Assembly: GCA_963702845.1 (NCBI GenBank)
Contig: OY969763.1
Location: forward strand, 2,656,001-2,720,000
Origin: an uncultured Verrucomicrobiae bacterium
GTDB taxonomy: Bacteria > Verrucomicrobiota > Verrucomicrobiia > Limisphaerales > Palsa-1400
Length of the DNA: 64,000 nucleotides
Direction: 5' to 3'
Shown here: positions 9,591 through 18,445 of the stretch, one piece after another
Layout: every line of letters begins with the position of its first letter
Numbering within the stretch: the first letter of the stretch is position 1
The notes under the pieces: generated by a model
Seen by the model: only the letters and a program-made list of their open reading frames with translations
Told to the model about the DNA's origin: nothing
Database searches by the model: none
Made by a program: the position numbers and the translations under genes

Positions 9591-10667
9591 TCATTTACCG
9601 GACGCACTCGTCGTCGCCGGAGCCGGCACATAGACCACTCGATTCGGCTGCGTCGGCGCATAGGCGTTGCGTTGGGGAATGTTGGCGCGATTGAACGGTT
9701 TGTAATCCTTGATCGCCCCGACTCGCGCGATCCGCAGCGATTTGCGTATGATTCCCTTGCCGCCGTTGGCATCGCTGAATTTGCCCTGGCCGTAGCCCAC
9801 GCCCTTCGTCCCGGAGAGGTTCGATGAAAAATATTTGAACCCAACAATCTTGTTCTGCTCATCACGCAGCCATCCCACGAAGATGACGGCATGGCCGCTG
9901 GGCTTGGTCGTGTCGTAGCTGATGAAATCTCCGGGCCGGCATTTCTCCAGATCATCCACGCTGATGCCGTAACCCAGGCCGTAGGATTTGATCGCGCGCC
10001 GTTCGCAATCGCCCTTGCCCTCGATATACCAAAATTGGAGCGCGTTGAAGAGATCGCCGAAGGTCATGCCGTTGAAATCGTCGGGGTCCAATCCCTTTTG
10101 GATATTGCGCAGCTTCATCGCGCGGGTGAACACCTCAAAGGTAAACCCGCAACAATAACTGCAACGCGAACCGTCCGGATACGCTTTGGCCACGACCATG
10201 CCCTTATACCACATGTCCTGCGTCACGCCGTTGTAGATGTCATACTCGCGCACTTTCCAACTGCAATGATACGGCAGCGATCCGTCCAGCGGATAACCGG
10301 AGATGACCGCCATCACATACGGGTTCAACGCGCCTTCTTCGTCGTCCTGCACCAGTTGTTCACGCGCATAATATTTTGCCAGCGTCTTGTCGACCGGCGA
10401 GAACCCGCGTTCATCGACCGGATATGGTTTGGGCGTATAAAGGAACCGGCGACTTTCCGGTTTGGACGGATCCAGGTTTTTGGGTGTCGCTGTAACGTGG
10501 CCCTCAGCCGAAGACTGGATTACTCCTGGGAATATGGAACTGGGGTTTGTTGGCGCGGCAACTTGGCACTGAGCCGAAGTGTTGACCAAAGCAGTAATTG
10601 CAACGAAGCAAACCGAAATGTGCCGCCGTAGCAGCAAACGAAAAATCGCAGACGTGTTCATCTTCAC
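9591..10667 (-). CDS. Secreted hypothetical protein, possibly NlpC/P60-like Cys-His hydrolase
   Basis: 358 aa, N-terminal signal-like segment; 'SYCCGFTFEVF' and 'RPGDFI...SGHAVIFVG' resemble NlpC/P60 Cys and His motifs. Confidence 0.7.
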   Translation of the reverse strand: MKMNTSAIFRLLLRRHISVCFVAITALVNTSAQCQVAAPTNPSSIFPGVIQSSAEGHVTATPKNLDPSKPESRRFLYTPKPYPVDERGFSPVDKTLAKYYAREQLVQDDEEGALNPYVMAVISGYPLDGSLPYHCSWKVREYDIYNGVTQDMWYKGMVVAKAYPDGSRCSYCCGFTFEVFTRAMKLRNIQKGLDPDDFNGMTFGDLFNALQFWYIEGKGDCERRAIKSYGLGYGISVDDLEKCRPGDFISYDTTKPSGHAVIFVGWLRDEQNKIVGFKYFSSNLSGTKGVGYGQGKFSDANGGKGIIRKSLRIARVGAIKDYKPFNRANIPQRNAYAPTQPNRVVYVPAPATTSASGK

Positions 10668-10840
10668 CCCGCCAGCGTAACAAACCGTCCAGCAGATTCA
10701 ACATCGGCGCACATCAGGATCCCATGTCAGTCCTACTTATATCGCGCGCCTGAGCCGCATTAAAAGCATCGGCGGCTGTAGCGCGATACCCATGTGTCGC
10801 CCACGCGAGACTAGTTGCCGGGCCGGCTCACTACATACAA

Positions 10841-10868
10841 TTGACACGCCGCTGCTTCACGTTATAAT
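10841..10868 (+). promoter_or_regulatory. Consensus sigma70 promoter
   Basis: TTGACA(10841-46)-16 nt-TATAAT(10863-68); both hexamers perfect. Confidence 0.8.
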
Positions 10869-10980
10869 CCCTTTGGACCGCCGGTCCTTACCGGCACTGG
10901 GGGACGGTCAAGAATGTGCAGTTTTCCCCAGTTCGTTCTTTGAAAAACCGCGCCAAAAGTGCGACTCAACTGCCACCAAA

Positions 10981-11187
10981 AGTGGAACAATGTGCGGGAA
11001 TGTGGGGCAATGTGCGACAATGTGCGACTTTCCCGCGAAATTTTCTATCGGAGTGCGAGATGCGCAGCCGACATTCGGCCTTTGACGAAAGTTGCAAGAT
11101 TTTCGGCTACAAAACCGCTCCCCTTGGCAACTAATTGCAGGAAGTAGGCGGAAGTTGCAGGAAGTTGCAACATTCCCGCGAAATTTT
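10981..11187. repeat. Two 10-nt-period arrays, each followed by the same 15-mer
   Basis: TGTGCGACAA-like x5 (10981-11030) and GAAGTTGCAG-like x4 (11131-11170); TTCCCGCGAAATTTT at 11030-44 and 11173-87. Confidence 0.8.
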
Positions 11188-11413
11188 TTCCGAACGCAAC
11201 CCGGACGCAAGCGGAGCTCGTTCTAAACAAGCGTTCACTTGCCCGAATGGGCTGACCATCAACACATTGCAAACGCCAAACGCATCGCAAAGCTTCTTCA
11301 ATCGGTTCCCTATCGATACCGGCGTCTGCAACAAACCGCTGGGTGCGAACACCATCCACCAATCTCGCGCCGTTGATCGAAGCAGCCATTCATTTGAAGA
11401 AACCACTTTTTTC

Positions 11414-11439
11414 CAAAGAATATTGTGGCATATTCTTTG
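11414..11439. promoter_or_regulatory. AT-rich inverted repeat upstream of dksA (candidate operator)
   Basis: CAAAGAATAT-tgtggc-ATATTCTTTG, perfect 10-bp arms. Confidence 0.4.
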
Positions 11440-11511
11440 CCCTTTGCTACAGTCCGCAACCCTTGGAAAGGGTGGTTGAGCTGTTAGCCGAGATTTAAAC
11501 GAATTTAAGAA

Positions 11512-12105
11512 ATGGCAACAAAGAATAAAAAAGACGAAAAGAAGCCCGCACCGCGTCCGAAAAACGTCGCGTCTGCTACGGCTGCTTCCATTTTGGGTCT
11601 GCCCACGGGTCGGAGTCACGGCGTTAGCAATGGCAGGCCGAAGATCAAGGCCGAATGGGTTAAATATTACGACAATCTTCTGGAGCTGCGCGACCGTCTG
11701 ACCCATCAGATGGACGGACTCGCCAAGGAATCGGCCGAAGAAATGTCCAATTACAGCCTGCACATGGCCGATGCCGGCACGGATAATTTTGACCGCGACT
11801 TTGCCCTGAGCCTGTTGTCATCGGACCAGGACGCAATTTACGAAATCGAAGAAGCGCTCAAGCGCATCGAGAAGAACACCTTTGGCGTTTGTGAATTGAC
11901 CGGTAAGGCGATTCCCAGAAGCCGTCTGGATGCGATTCCCTGGACTCGTTTCACTGTTGAAGCGCAGAGCCAGCTCGAACGTGAAGGCGCGCTCAAGTCG
12001 CGCCGTCTCGGCACGCTCGGCAGCGTTGACAGCACCAGTGCAAGCGACGCCGACAGTGACGAAGGCGACGAACCCGAAGAAAAGCCCGCCAAGGACAAGG
12101 ATTAA
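11512..12105 (+). CDS. dksA: TraR/DksA family transcription factor (single-Cys form)
   Basis: 'HMADAGTDNFDRD' coiled-coil tip; 'IEEALKRI...FGVCELTGKAIPRSRLDAIPWTRFTVEAQ'. Confidence 0.85.
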   Translation: MATKNKKDEKKPAPRPKNVASATAASILGLPTGRSHGVSNGRPKIKAEWVKYYDNLLELRDRLTHQMDGLAKESAEEMSNYSLHMADAGTDNFDRDFALSLLSSDQDAIYEIEEALKRIEKNTFGVCELTGKAIPRSRLDAIPWTRFTVEAQSQLEREGALKSRRLGTLGSVDSTSASDADSDEGDEPEEKPAKDKD

Positions 12106-12108
12106 TTT

Positions 12109-12276
12109 ATGCCTCGCGAAATTATTACAATCGAATGTCAGGAAGCGCGTAAGGAAGGCAAGCCGCCCTCCCGCTACACGACCACGCGCAATAAAAAGCT
12201 CAAGACCGAAAAGCTTGAGATCAAGAAATACAATCCTTTCTTGCGCCGTCACACTGTCCATCGCGAAATCAAGTAA
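12109..12276 (+). CDS. rpmG: 50S ribosomal protein L33
   Basis: Manual translation (below the ORF-track cutoff): [55 protein letters not shown]. Confidence 0.95.
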   Translation: MPREIITIECQEARKEGKPPSRYTTTRNKKLKTEKLEIKKYNPFLRRHTVHREIK

Positions 12277-12285
12277 GACACGTTT

Positions 12286-12534
12286 ATGCCACGCAAAACA
12301 CATCCTGAAAAACCGGGCCGCAAAGGCAGTTCCGAAGTCCGCACACCGCGTCCGAAGCCGAAAATCGACTTCACCGTGGACGCGCTGGACTATAAGAACG
12401 TCACTTTGCTGAAGCAATTCGTGACCGACCAAGGCCGCATTCTTCCGCGCAAGTACACCGGACTCCCGGCACACTACCAACGCCGTCTGAACCGCTCGAT
12501 CAAACGCGCGCGTCAGATGTTGTTGATGAAGTAG
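12286..12534 (+). CDS. rpsR: 30S ribosomal protein S18
   Basis: '[26 protein letters not shown]...[12 protein letters not shown]'. Confidence 0.95.
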   Translation: MPRKTHPEKPGRKGSSEVRTPRPKPKIDFTVDALDYKNVTLLKQFVTDQGRILPRKYTGLPAHYQRRLNRSIKRARQMLLMK

Positions 12535-12558
12535 TTTCGAACGGTCGAAGAGATTTGT

Positions 12559-12591
12559 AAAAGCCGTCGCCTTTTCAGGCGCGGCTTTTTT
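12559..12591 (+). terminator. Rho-independent terminator after rpsR (possibly bidirectional)
   Basis: aaaagccgtcgcct-tttc-aggcgcggctttttt. Confidence 0.8.
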
Positions 12592-12645
12592 CTATTCCAC
12601 CGCGTGGGTAGGCGGGGCGCCCATCCATGCCAAGGCGTCCAAGAT

Positions 12646-15075
12646 TTAGGCCGCCTCCAATTCAATCCAAAACCGCGCCCCTCGTCCGGGTTCGGATTCG
12701 ACCCCGACTTTTCCGTGCATTTTTTCGACGACCTTGCGCACCAGCGCGAGCCCAATCCCAGTTCCGGGTAAATCAGAATGGAGTTTCTGAAACATCTCGA
12801 AAATGCGGTGGTGATGCTCAAGGGGAATCCCGACACCTTCATCCTCCACCCATAACCGCACAACGCTCTCGCGTTTCTCAGCCCGGACACGAACGACTGG
12901 CTTTCGATCTGGCGGGGTAAATTTAACGGCATTGTTGAGCAAGTTCGAGAAGCACTGGGTCAGCCCGGCGCGATTGGCCATTACCGCCGGTAATTCAGCG
13001 GCTACGGTAATCTGCGCGCGCTCCGGATGAAATTGGGGATACGATTCAATAATGCTCATCACTAATTGGTCGGGGCGCACCACGGCCAGCGGCAACTCTT
13101 CGCGCAACGCGGTGGTGTAATTGAAAGCGTCCGTGACGAGTTGGTCCATGCGCTCGGCAGACTCAATGATCCGGCGCAAATAATCATTTGCTTCTTGGTC
13201 AAGCGCCGGCCCGTGTTCGTCTTTTAGAATTTGGCTAAAACTGCGCATCGCCCGTAACGGCGCGCGCAAATCGTGAACGATGCTATAAGATAATTGCTCG
13301 AGTTCATCGCGCGCCTGGCGAACACGACGCTGCGCGCGTTTTTCTTCGGTGATATCGCGAAGGATGCCGGTAAAAAACCGCCGTCCTGCGACGCGACTTT
13401 CGCTCACACCTAAATAGAGCGGGAAAACGGTTCCATCCTTACACTGGCCCCCGACTTCGCGGCTGATGCCAACAATCTTGCGACGGCCGGTTCGTCGATA
13501 CAGTTCGAGATAGGAATCGTGCCGGCTTTTGTCAGGTTCAGGCATGAGCATGCTGACGTTGCGGCCAAGCAGTTCCTGGGCAGAATATCCGAACATCTTT
13601 TCGGCGGCCGGGTTGACCATCTCGATTATTCCATTTTCGTCGATTGCGATGATGCCATCGATCGCGGTATCGACGATGACGCGCAGGCGTTCCGAACTTT
13701 CTTCCAAACGCACGGTTCGTTCCTGGACAGAGTGTTCGAGGTCGTGCGTATATGCTTCGAGCGAGCGTCTCAGGCGACTGCGGTCACGAGCAATGGCGAC
13801 ATAGTGCGCAAGCGTTTGGAAGAACTCTTTGTCGTCGGCTGCAAACGCATCGCGGTGACGACTGGCAAAAGCCAGTGTCCCGAGCAGACGATCCCCGACT
13901 AAAAGCGGATGAACGCTGTAGGTGCGGACGCCCAAGGCTTTTATGACTTCCAACGATGGGTCGCTCGATTGCTGAATGTTGTTCGCGAAGACCGGTTCTC
14001 GTCGTTCGGGAATCGTGTGGCAGAACGCCTCGGCGAATTGCATATATTTCAAACGATCTTCGGCATCAGCCGGAATACCGCCGCTGATGACGAGCTGTCT
14101 GTTTACGGTGGTCTGGTCGGTGGTCGCGTATTCCAAATACACATCCGCCTGAAACAAATCCCCGACACGTCGATATAGGTCGGCGATTTCTTCATTCGTG
14201 CGCATTGGCGACAACAACTGCGCAGCGGCTTCGTGCAGAAGGTCAATGCGCTGCTTTTCCTGCGCGACTTCTGATTCCCAATGCTTTCGCTGTGTGATGT
14301 CGATGATGGCCGCAACCGCGCCGGTTATGGTGCCGGATTCGTCGCGCAAGGGAACTGAGGAAATGAGAATACATTTGCGAACACCGTCGAAAGTTTCGAT
14401 TTCCACCTCTTCATCAAACGTGTTCACTCCATTCAAAATTGCGCGCGCGGCAGCCCACTCCCGCGGCTGGATTGGCTTACCGGTATCTGGCCACCATCCT
14501 TTGTAGTTGCGGACTTCCCGTACACCGGCGGCGCGAGGCAGGCCCCAGATTCGCGCACCTGCCGCGTTACTACTGAGGATTTGGCCTTCCCTGTCGAGGA
14601 CCCATATACCTACAGGGGCGGTTTCGAGTATCCCGCGCAAAACCGCTTCGCTATGTCGCCGTTCAGCAGCCTCTTGTTCGACCCGTTCTTTCTGTGTTAA
14701 CGCTTCGACGGCTTCAATCTTGGATCGGCGATTGGCCACACGCATTAGACCACCGAGGCTGCAAATGATCGCACACACAATGACATAGACGAGGACCAAA
14801 ATGATATCGATAGAGCTGTCAAAACCGATCGTATGCCTCGGAAAAACAAAAAAATAATCGCCAGCGATAAAGCCAGCCAAGGTGACAAATATGGCGGGGC
14901 CGACCCCAAGTCTCCATACGGCGATGGCCGCGCCGACCCAAAAAGTCCAATAGGGAAGGCGATCTCCGAGAACCGGATCAAACGCGAACCGAAGCAGAAG
15001 TGCGCCCGCGGACAAAACCGCAGCCCACGCATATCGGCGCAGGATCCTCGTCGGATTAGGCAGCACCCAGTTCAT
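12646..15075 (-). CDS. Membrane sensor histidine kinase (DUF4118-like TM, PAS, GAF, FixL-like PAS, HisKA, HATPase)
   Basis: H-box 'SIVHDLRAPLR', 'NLLNNAVKF', 'DEGVGI', 'GTGIGL'; PAS 'NPAAEKMFGY...GRNVSMLMPEPDKSRHDSYL'. Confidence 0.92.
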   Translation of the reverse strand: MNWVLPNPTRILRRYAWAAVLSAGALLLRFAFDPVLGDRLPYWTFWVGAAIAVWRLGVGPAIFVTLAGFIAGDYFFVFPRHTIGFDSSIDIILVLVYVIVCAIICSLGGLMRVANRRSKIEAVEALTQKERVEQEAAERRHSEAVLRGILETAPVGIWVLDREGQILSSNAAGARIWGLPRAAGVREVRNYKGWWPDTGKPIQPREWAAARAILNGVNTFDEEVEIETFDGVRKCILISSVPLRDESGTITGAVAAIIDITQRKHWESEVAQEKQRIDLLHEAAAQLLSPMRTNEEIADLYRRVGDLFQADVYLEYATTDQTTVNRQLVISGGIPADAEDRLKYMQFAEAFCHTIPERREPVFANNIQQSSDPSLEVIKALGVRTYSVHPLLVGDRLLGTLAFASRHRDAFAADDKEFFQTLAHYVAIARDRSRLRRSLEAYTHDLEHSVQERTVRLEESSERLRVIVDTAIDGIIAIDENGIIEMVNPAAEKMFGYSAQELLGRNVSMLMPEPDKSRHDSYLELYRRTGRRKIVGISREVGGQCKDGTVFPLYLGVSESRVAGRRFFTGILRDITEEKRAQRRVRQARDELEQLSYSIVHDLRAPLRAMRSFSQILKDEHGPALDQEANDYLRRIIESAERMDQLVTDAFNYTTALREELPLAVVRPDQLVMSIIESYPQFHPERAQITVAAELPAVMANRAGLTQCFSNLLNNAVKFTPPDRKPVVRVRAEKRESVVRLWVEDEGVGIPLEHHHRIFEMFQKLHSDLPGTGIGLALVRKVVEKMHGKVGVESEPGRGARFWIELEAA

Positions 15076-15272
15076 CTCTCCCCTTCCCCATGTATTTCTT
15101 TACCGAAACAACACGGCAGCTTCTGCACGACTTTGCGCAACCGAAGCCGACATCACTCCGGCACTACACCCCAGAACATCGTGGCACTATTATGCCGCTG
15201 AAAAAATACGACCTATCAACGTATTTGATAGCACGTGAAAAGATGATGTTGAAATCCGTCAAAGCATCAGCG

Positions 15273-17945
15273 CTAAGAACCAACGCCGGCTTGAGCACCG
15301 CTCGTTTCCTGCGCTGCACCAGGTAGTTCCACATCGAGATCGATGAGGATATCGCGAGGTTCGGCGCCTTTATTCGGCCCGACGATACCACGGGCCTCAA
15401 GATCGTCCATGATTCGAGCAGCGCGCGTATAGCCAAGGCGCAGACGTCGTTGCAATAACGAGACACTCGCCTTTTGTTCGGTGCGAATGATCTCAATACA
15501 CTGCTCGATTAATGCTTCATCTTCACCACTGCTGTTCTCGTCGCCATCAAACGAGCTGACCGGTTTTGAAAGCTGTTGGTGAATCTCCAGTTCGTAGCTC
15601 GGTTTGCCTTGAGCGGCGATAAATTCGACAAGCTGTTGAATTTCGTTGTCGGTCACCAACGCACCCTGAGCGCGAATGAGTTTCGCTGAACCCGGTGGCA
15701 AAAATAACATGTCGCCTTTGCCCAGCAATTTATCAGCGCCCATCGCGTCGAGAATCGTGCGGGAGTCGACTTTGGCAGCGACCTGGAACGCGATACGAGC
15801 GGGAATGTTCGCTTTGATGACGCCGGTGATAACGTCGACGCTGGGACGTTGCGTTGCGACGATGCAATGAATACCAGCCGCTCGCGCCATTTGCGTGATG
15901 CGGGCAATCGCCATTTCGACGTCAGCCGGAGCGACGAGCATCAAGTCCGCAAGCTCGTCGATGATGACGACGATGTAACTGAGGTGATCTGGAATGACAA
16001 TTTCCTCGTCACGCGGCACCGCAATTTCGTCATCCAGTTCGACTGCAAAACCGTCCACGCCGGCCTCGCCCTTGTCGCGTTTCGGTTCTTCGCGCGGCGG
16101 CACCGGAGGTGGCTGATTTTTCGGCCGATCATTGAAGGAGTGAATGTTGCGCACGCCGACCTTGGCAAAAATTTGATAGCGCTTTTCCATTTCGCTGACG
16201 ACCCAGCGCAACGCGAGGATGACTTTCTTGGGATCTGTGACGACCGGCACGACGAGGTGCGGCAGCTTGTTGAATTGCTGGAGTTCAACGACCTTTGGAT
16301 CGATCATAACGAACCGCAATTTGTCCGGGCCGAAGCGATAAAGAAGCGACGCAATGATGGAGCTGATGGCAACGGATTTGCCTGAACCGGTGCTGCCGGC
16401 GATGAGCACATGCGGCATTTCGGCGAGGTCGGCGACGATGGGGTGACCGTAAACGTCTTTGCCCAAAGCGAGCGGGATGCGGGCCTTGGTGTTGCGCCAT
16501 TCGTCTGATTCGAACAGGTCGCGGAGGATGACTTTGGTCTTAACCGCATTCGGAACTTCGACGCCCACTGAACTTTTACCGGGCACGGGCGCGAGAATAT
16601 TAATACGCTCGGCCTTGAGAACCGCGGCGATGTTGTTGTTCAATGCGCTGATTTTTTCCAGCTTCACGCCCGGGGCCGGGTGCAGTTCGTAACGAGTGAT
16701 CGTCGGACCCTTGGTGATGTCGCCGATTGCCACTTCAATTTCGAACTGCGCCAACGTTTGTTGCATTAATTTTGCGTTGGCGATGAGTTCTTCTTTTGAT
16801 TCGGTGGGACGCACCGTGGTATCGGGATATTGCAACAAATCCATCGACGGCAGCTGGTAATTTCCGATTTTCGGTGTCGAGGCGACGGTGATTTGTCTCG
16901 GCTTCTTCGGCTTCATCGCTCTAAGCGGCGTGAGACCGTGGATCTGAGGGGCCGGCACTTCAGGCGCTTTTGGTTTCGCGGCCGATTCTTCATCCTTGTC
17001 ATTGCCACTGGAAACTTCCGCCACTTGTTTCGACAATTCCGCTTTGTCACCGATAATATCGGCCGTGGTAGCAGCGGCGATTTCCCTGGCGCTGATAACT
17101 TCGCCCTCTTCCACGACGGCGGGTTCCTTGACTTCTTTGACGTCCGCTTTTGCTTTCTTCGCTTTCGAGGTGGGAACGCTCAAGTCACGAACGGTCGGCT
17201 CAGGCACAGGTTTGAGATCAGCTCCGAGGCCGCTTGGCTCGGCGACCTTTTCAGCCACGCTCGGGCCTTTGGCGATTTTCTTATCAAGTTGGTCCTGCAA
17301 TTTCTTCGCTTGCCGGTCCAGTTCACGAGCACGCTTCTCCAGTTCGCGTTCTTCAGGAGTATTTGCAATAGACTTCCCGTTGCGTTCCGCCCACCAATTG
17401 CGGCACCAAAGGCCGAGTTGGAAATTGGTCAGATACATGATGCCGACGACGTAGACAGCACCGAGCACAATGCTGGCGCCGACCTTACCGAGCAACTGAA
17501 GAACCGTAAAATTGAGAAACACTCCGATGTAACCGCCAGCGCTCGGCGCTGAAACGCCCGCGCTGGCTGAACGAAGAATTCGCAAGTCGTGCTCAAACAA
17601 CGTCAGGAAGCCCATGGTACAAACGAGGAGCACCGCGCCCCATGTTCGGCGGTGTTGCAAATAGGACATGTAGGAAAACAGATAGCCGAGCCCGAAAGCG
17701 ATCATCAAAATTGGAACGGCAAATGCAGCTAAACCGAAAACCTGGAACACGGCCCAACCGACCCAAACGCCGATGGGCCCGCCTAGGTTATGCACGGGCG
17801 AGTTGGGCGGCACTTGGTTTGCCGAGCAGTCGTGGGGTTCAAACGAAAATAGGGCGACTAAAAGGAGCAGAGCTGCTGCGCCTAGAACAACGCCTATGAC
17901 ATCATTGAAACCGTGCGTCCTTGGGAGCGCATCTTTTCGAGCCAT
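15273..17945 (-). CDS. ftsK: DNA translocase FtsK
   Basis: 4TM N-terminus; 'PHVLIAGSTGSGKS', 'IIDELADLM', 'ATQRPSVDVITG'; gamma domain 'SVSLLQRRLRLGYTRAAR'. Confidence 0.97.
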   Translation of the reverse strand: MARKDALPRTHGFNDVIGVVLGAAALLLLVALFSFEPHDCSANQVPPNSPVHNLGGPIGVWVGWAVFQVFGLAAFAVPILMIAFGLGYLFSYMSYLQHRRTWGAVLLVCTMGFLTLFEHDLRILRSASAGVSAPSAGGYIGVFLNFTVLQLLGKVGASIVLGAVYVVGIMYLTNFQLGLWCRNWWAERNGKSIANTPEERELEKRARELDRQAKKLQDQLDKKIAKGPSVAEKVAEPSGLGADLKPVPEPTVRDLSVPTSKAKKAKADVKEVKEPAVVEEGEVISAREIAAATTADIIGDKAELSKQVAEVSSGNDKDEESAAKPKAPEVPAPQIHGLTPLRAMKPKKPRQITVASTPKIGNYQLPSMDLLQYPDTTVRPTESKEELIANAKLMQQTLAQFEIEVAIGDITKGPTITRYELHPAPGVKLEKISALNNNIAAVLKAERINILAPVPGKSSVGVEVPNAVKTKVILRDLFESDEWRNTKARIPLALGKDVYGHPIVADLAEMPHVLIAGSTGSGKSVAISSIIASLLYRFGPDKLRFVMIDPKVVELQQFNKLPHLVVPVVTDPKKVILALRWVVSEMEKRYQIFAKVGVRNIHSFNDRPKNQPPPVPPREEPKRDKGEAGVDGFAVELDDEIAVPRDEEIVIPDHLSYIVVIIDELADLMLVAPADVEMAIARITQMARAAGIHCIVATQRPSVDVITGVIKANIPARIAFQVAAKVDSRTILDAMGADKLLGKGDMLFLPPGSAKLIRAQGALVTDNEIQQLVEFIAAQGKPSYELEIHQQLSKPVSSFDGDENSSGEDEALIEQCIEIIRTEQKASVSLLQRRLRLGYTRAARIMDDLEARGIVGPNKGAEPRDILIDLDVELPGAAQETSGAQAGVGS

Positions 17946-18013
17946 TGGGCGCTACTGTAAAGATTACGGCGGAAAGTTAAAGTGAAAAATGAGCGAAACC
18001 CTTAGGCACAATA

Positions 18014-18445
18014 TCAAACAGCGTTGCGCAAAGGTGACGGTACAATCGACCCGATAATGCGGCTCAGTTCTTTCGGTTCTGGCGGTTTGACCAAATATCC
18101 ATGCACAGCAAACATCGCAGCGCGATCGCGATCGCTCTGCTCGGCCGACGAAGTGAGAACGATGACTTTCAGTTCACGAAGTTCGGGACGCCCCCGCATC
18201 CATTCCAAAAACTCAAACCCACCGACATAGGGCAATTTTAAATCCAAAAAAATCAGTGACGGCAATGGATAATAATTTCTGTCTTCGAAAGTGCCCGTGC
18301 CCGAGAGATAATCGATCGCTTTTTGGCCATCCGTCACAACCTGCAACGGATGCACGGCCTGCGCTTTGCGCAACGCACGTTGCATAGCAAAGACATCATC
18401 ATCGTTGTCTTCAACCAATAGGATAGTGGGCATCGATGAGCTCAT
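18014..18445 (-). CDS. Single-domain response regulator
   Basis: 'ILLVEDNDDD', 'FLDLKLP', 'LTSS', 'YLVKP'; overlaps the kinase stop. Confidence 0.92.
   Translation of the reverse strand: MSSSMPTILLVEDNDDDVFAMQRALRKAQAVHPLQVVTDGQKAIDYLSGTGTFEDRNYYPLPSLIFLDLKLPYVGGFEFLEWMRGRPELRELKVIVLTSSAEQSDRDRAAMFAVHGYLVKPPEPKELSRIIGSIVPSPLRNAV

Noticed and set aside
7895..9816. DGR template/variable repeat pair
   Set aside because: Mismatches are not adenine-specific (only 4 of 14 at coding-strand A in either copy) and are mostly synonymous; no reverse transcriptase is in the window.
10792..11763. Several short ORFs in the intergenic region (e.g. 10792-11085, 11135-11479, 11131-11763)
   Set aside because: They overlap on both strands, translate the decamer repeats, and have no recognisable domains; a small real peptide cannot be fully excluded.
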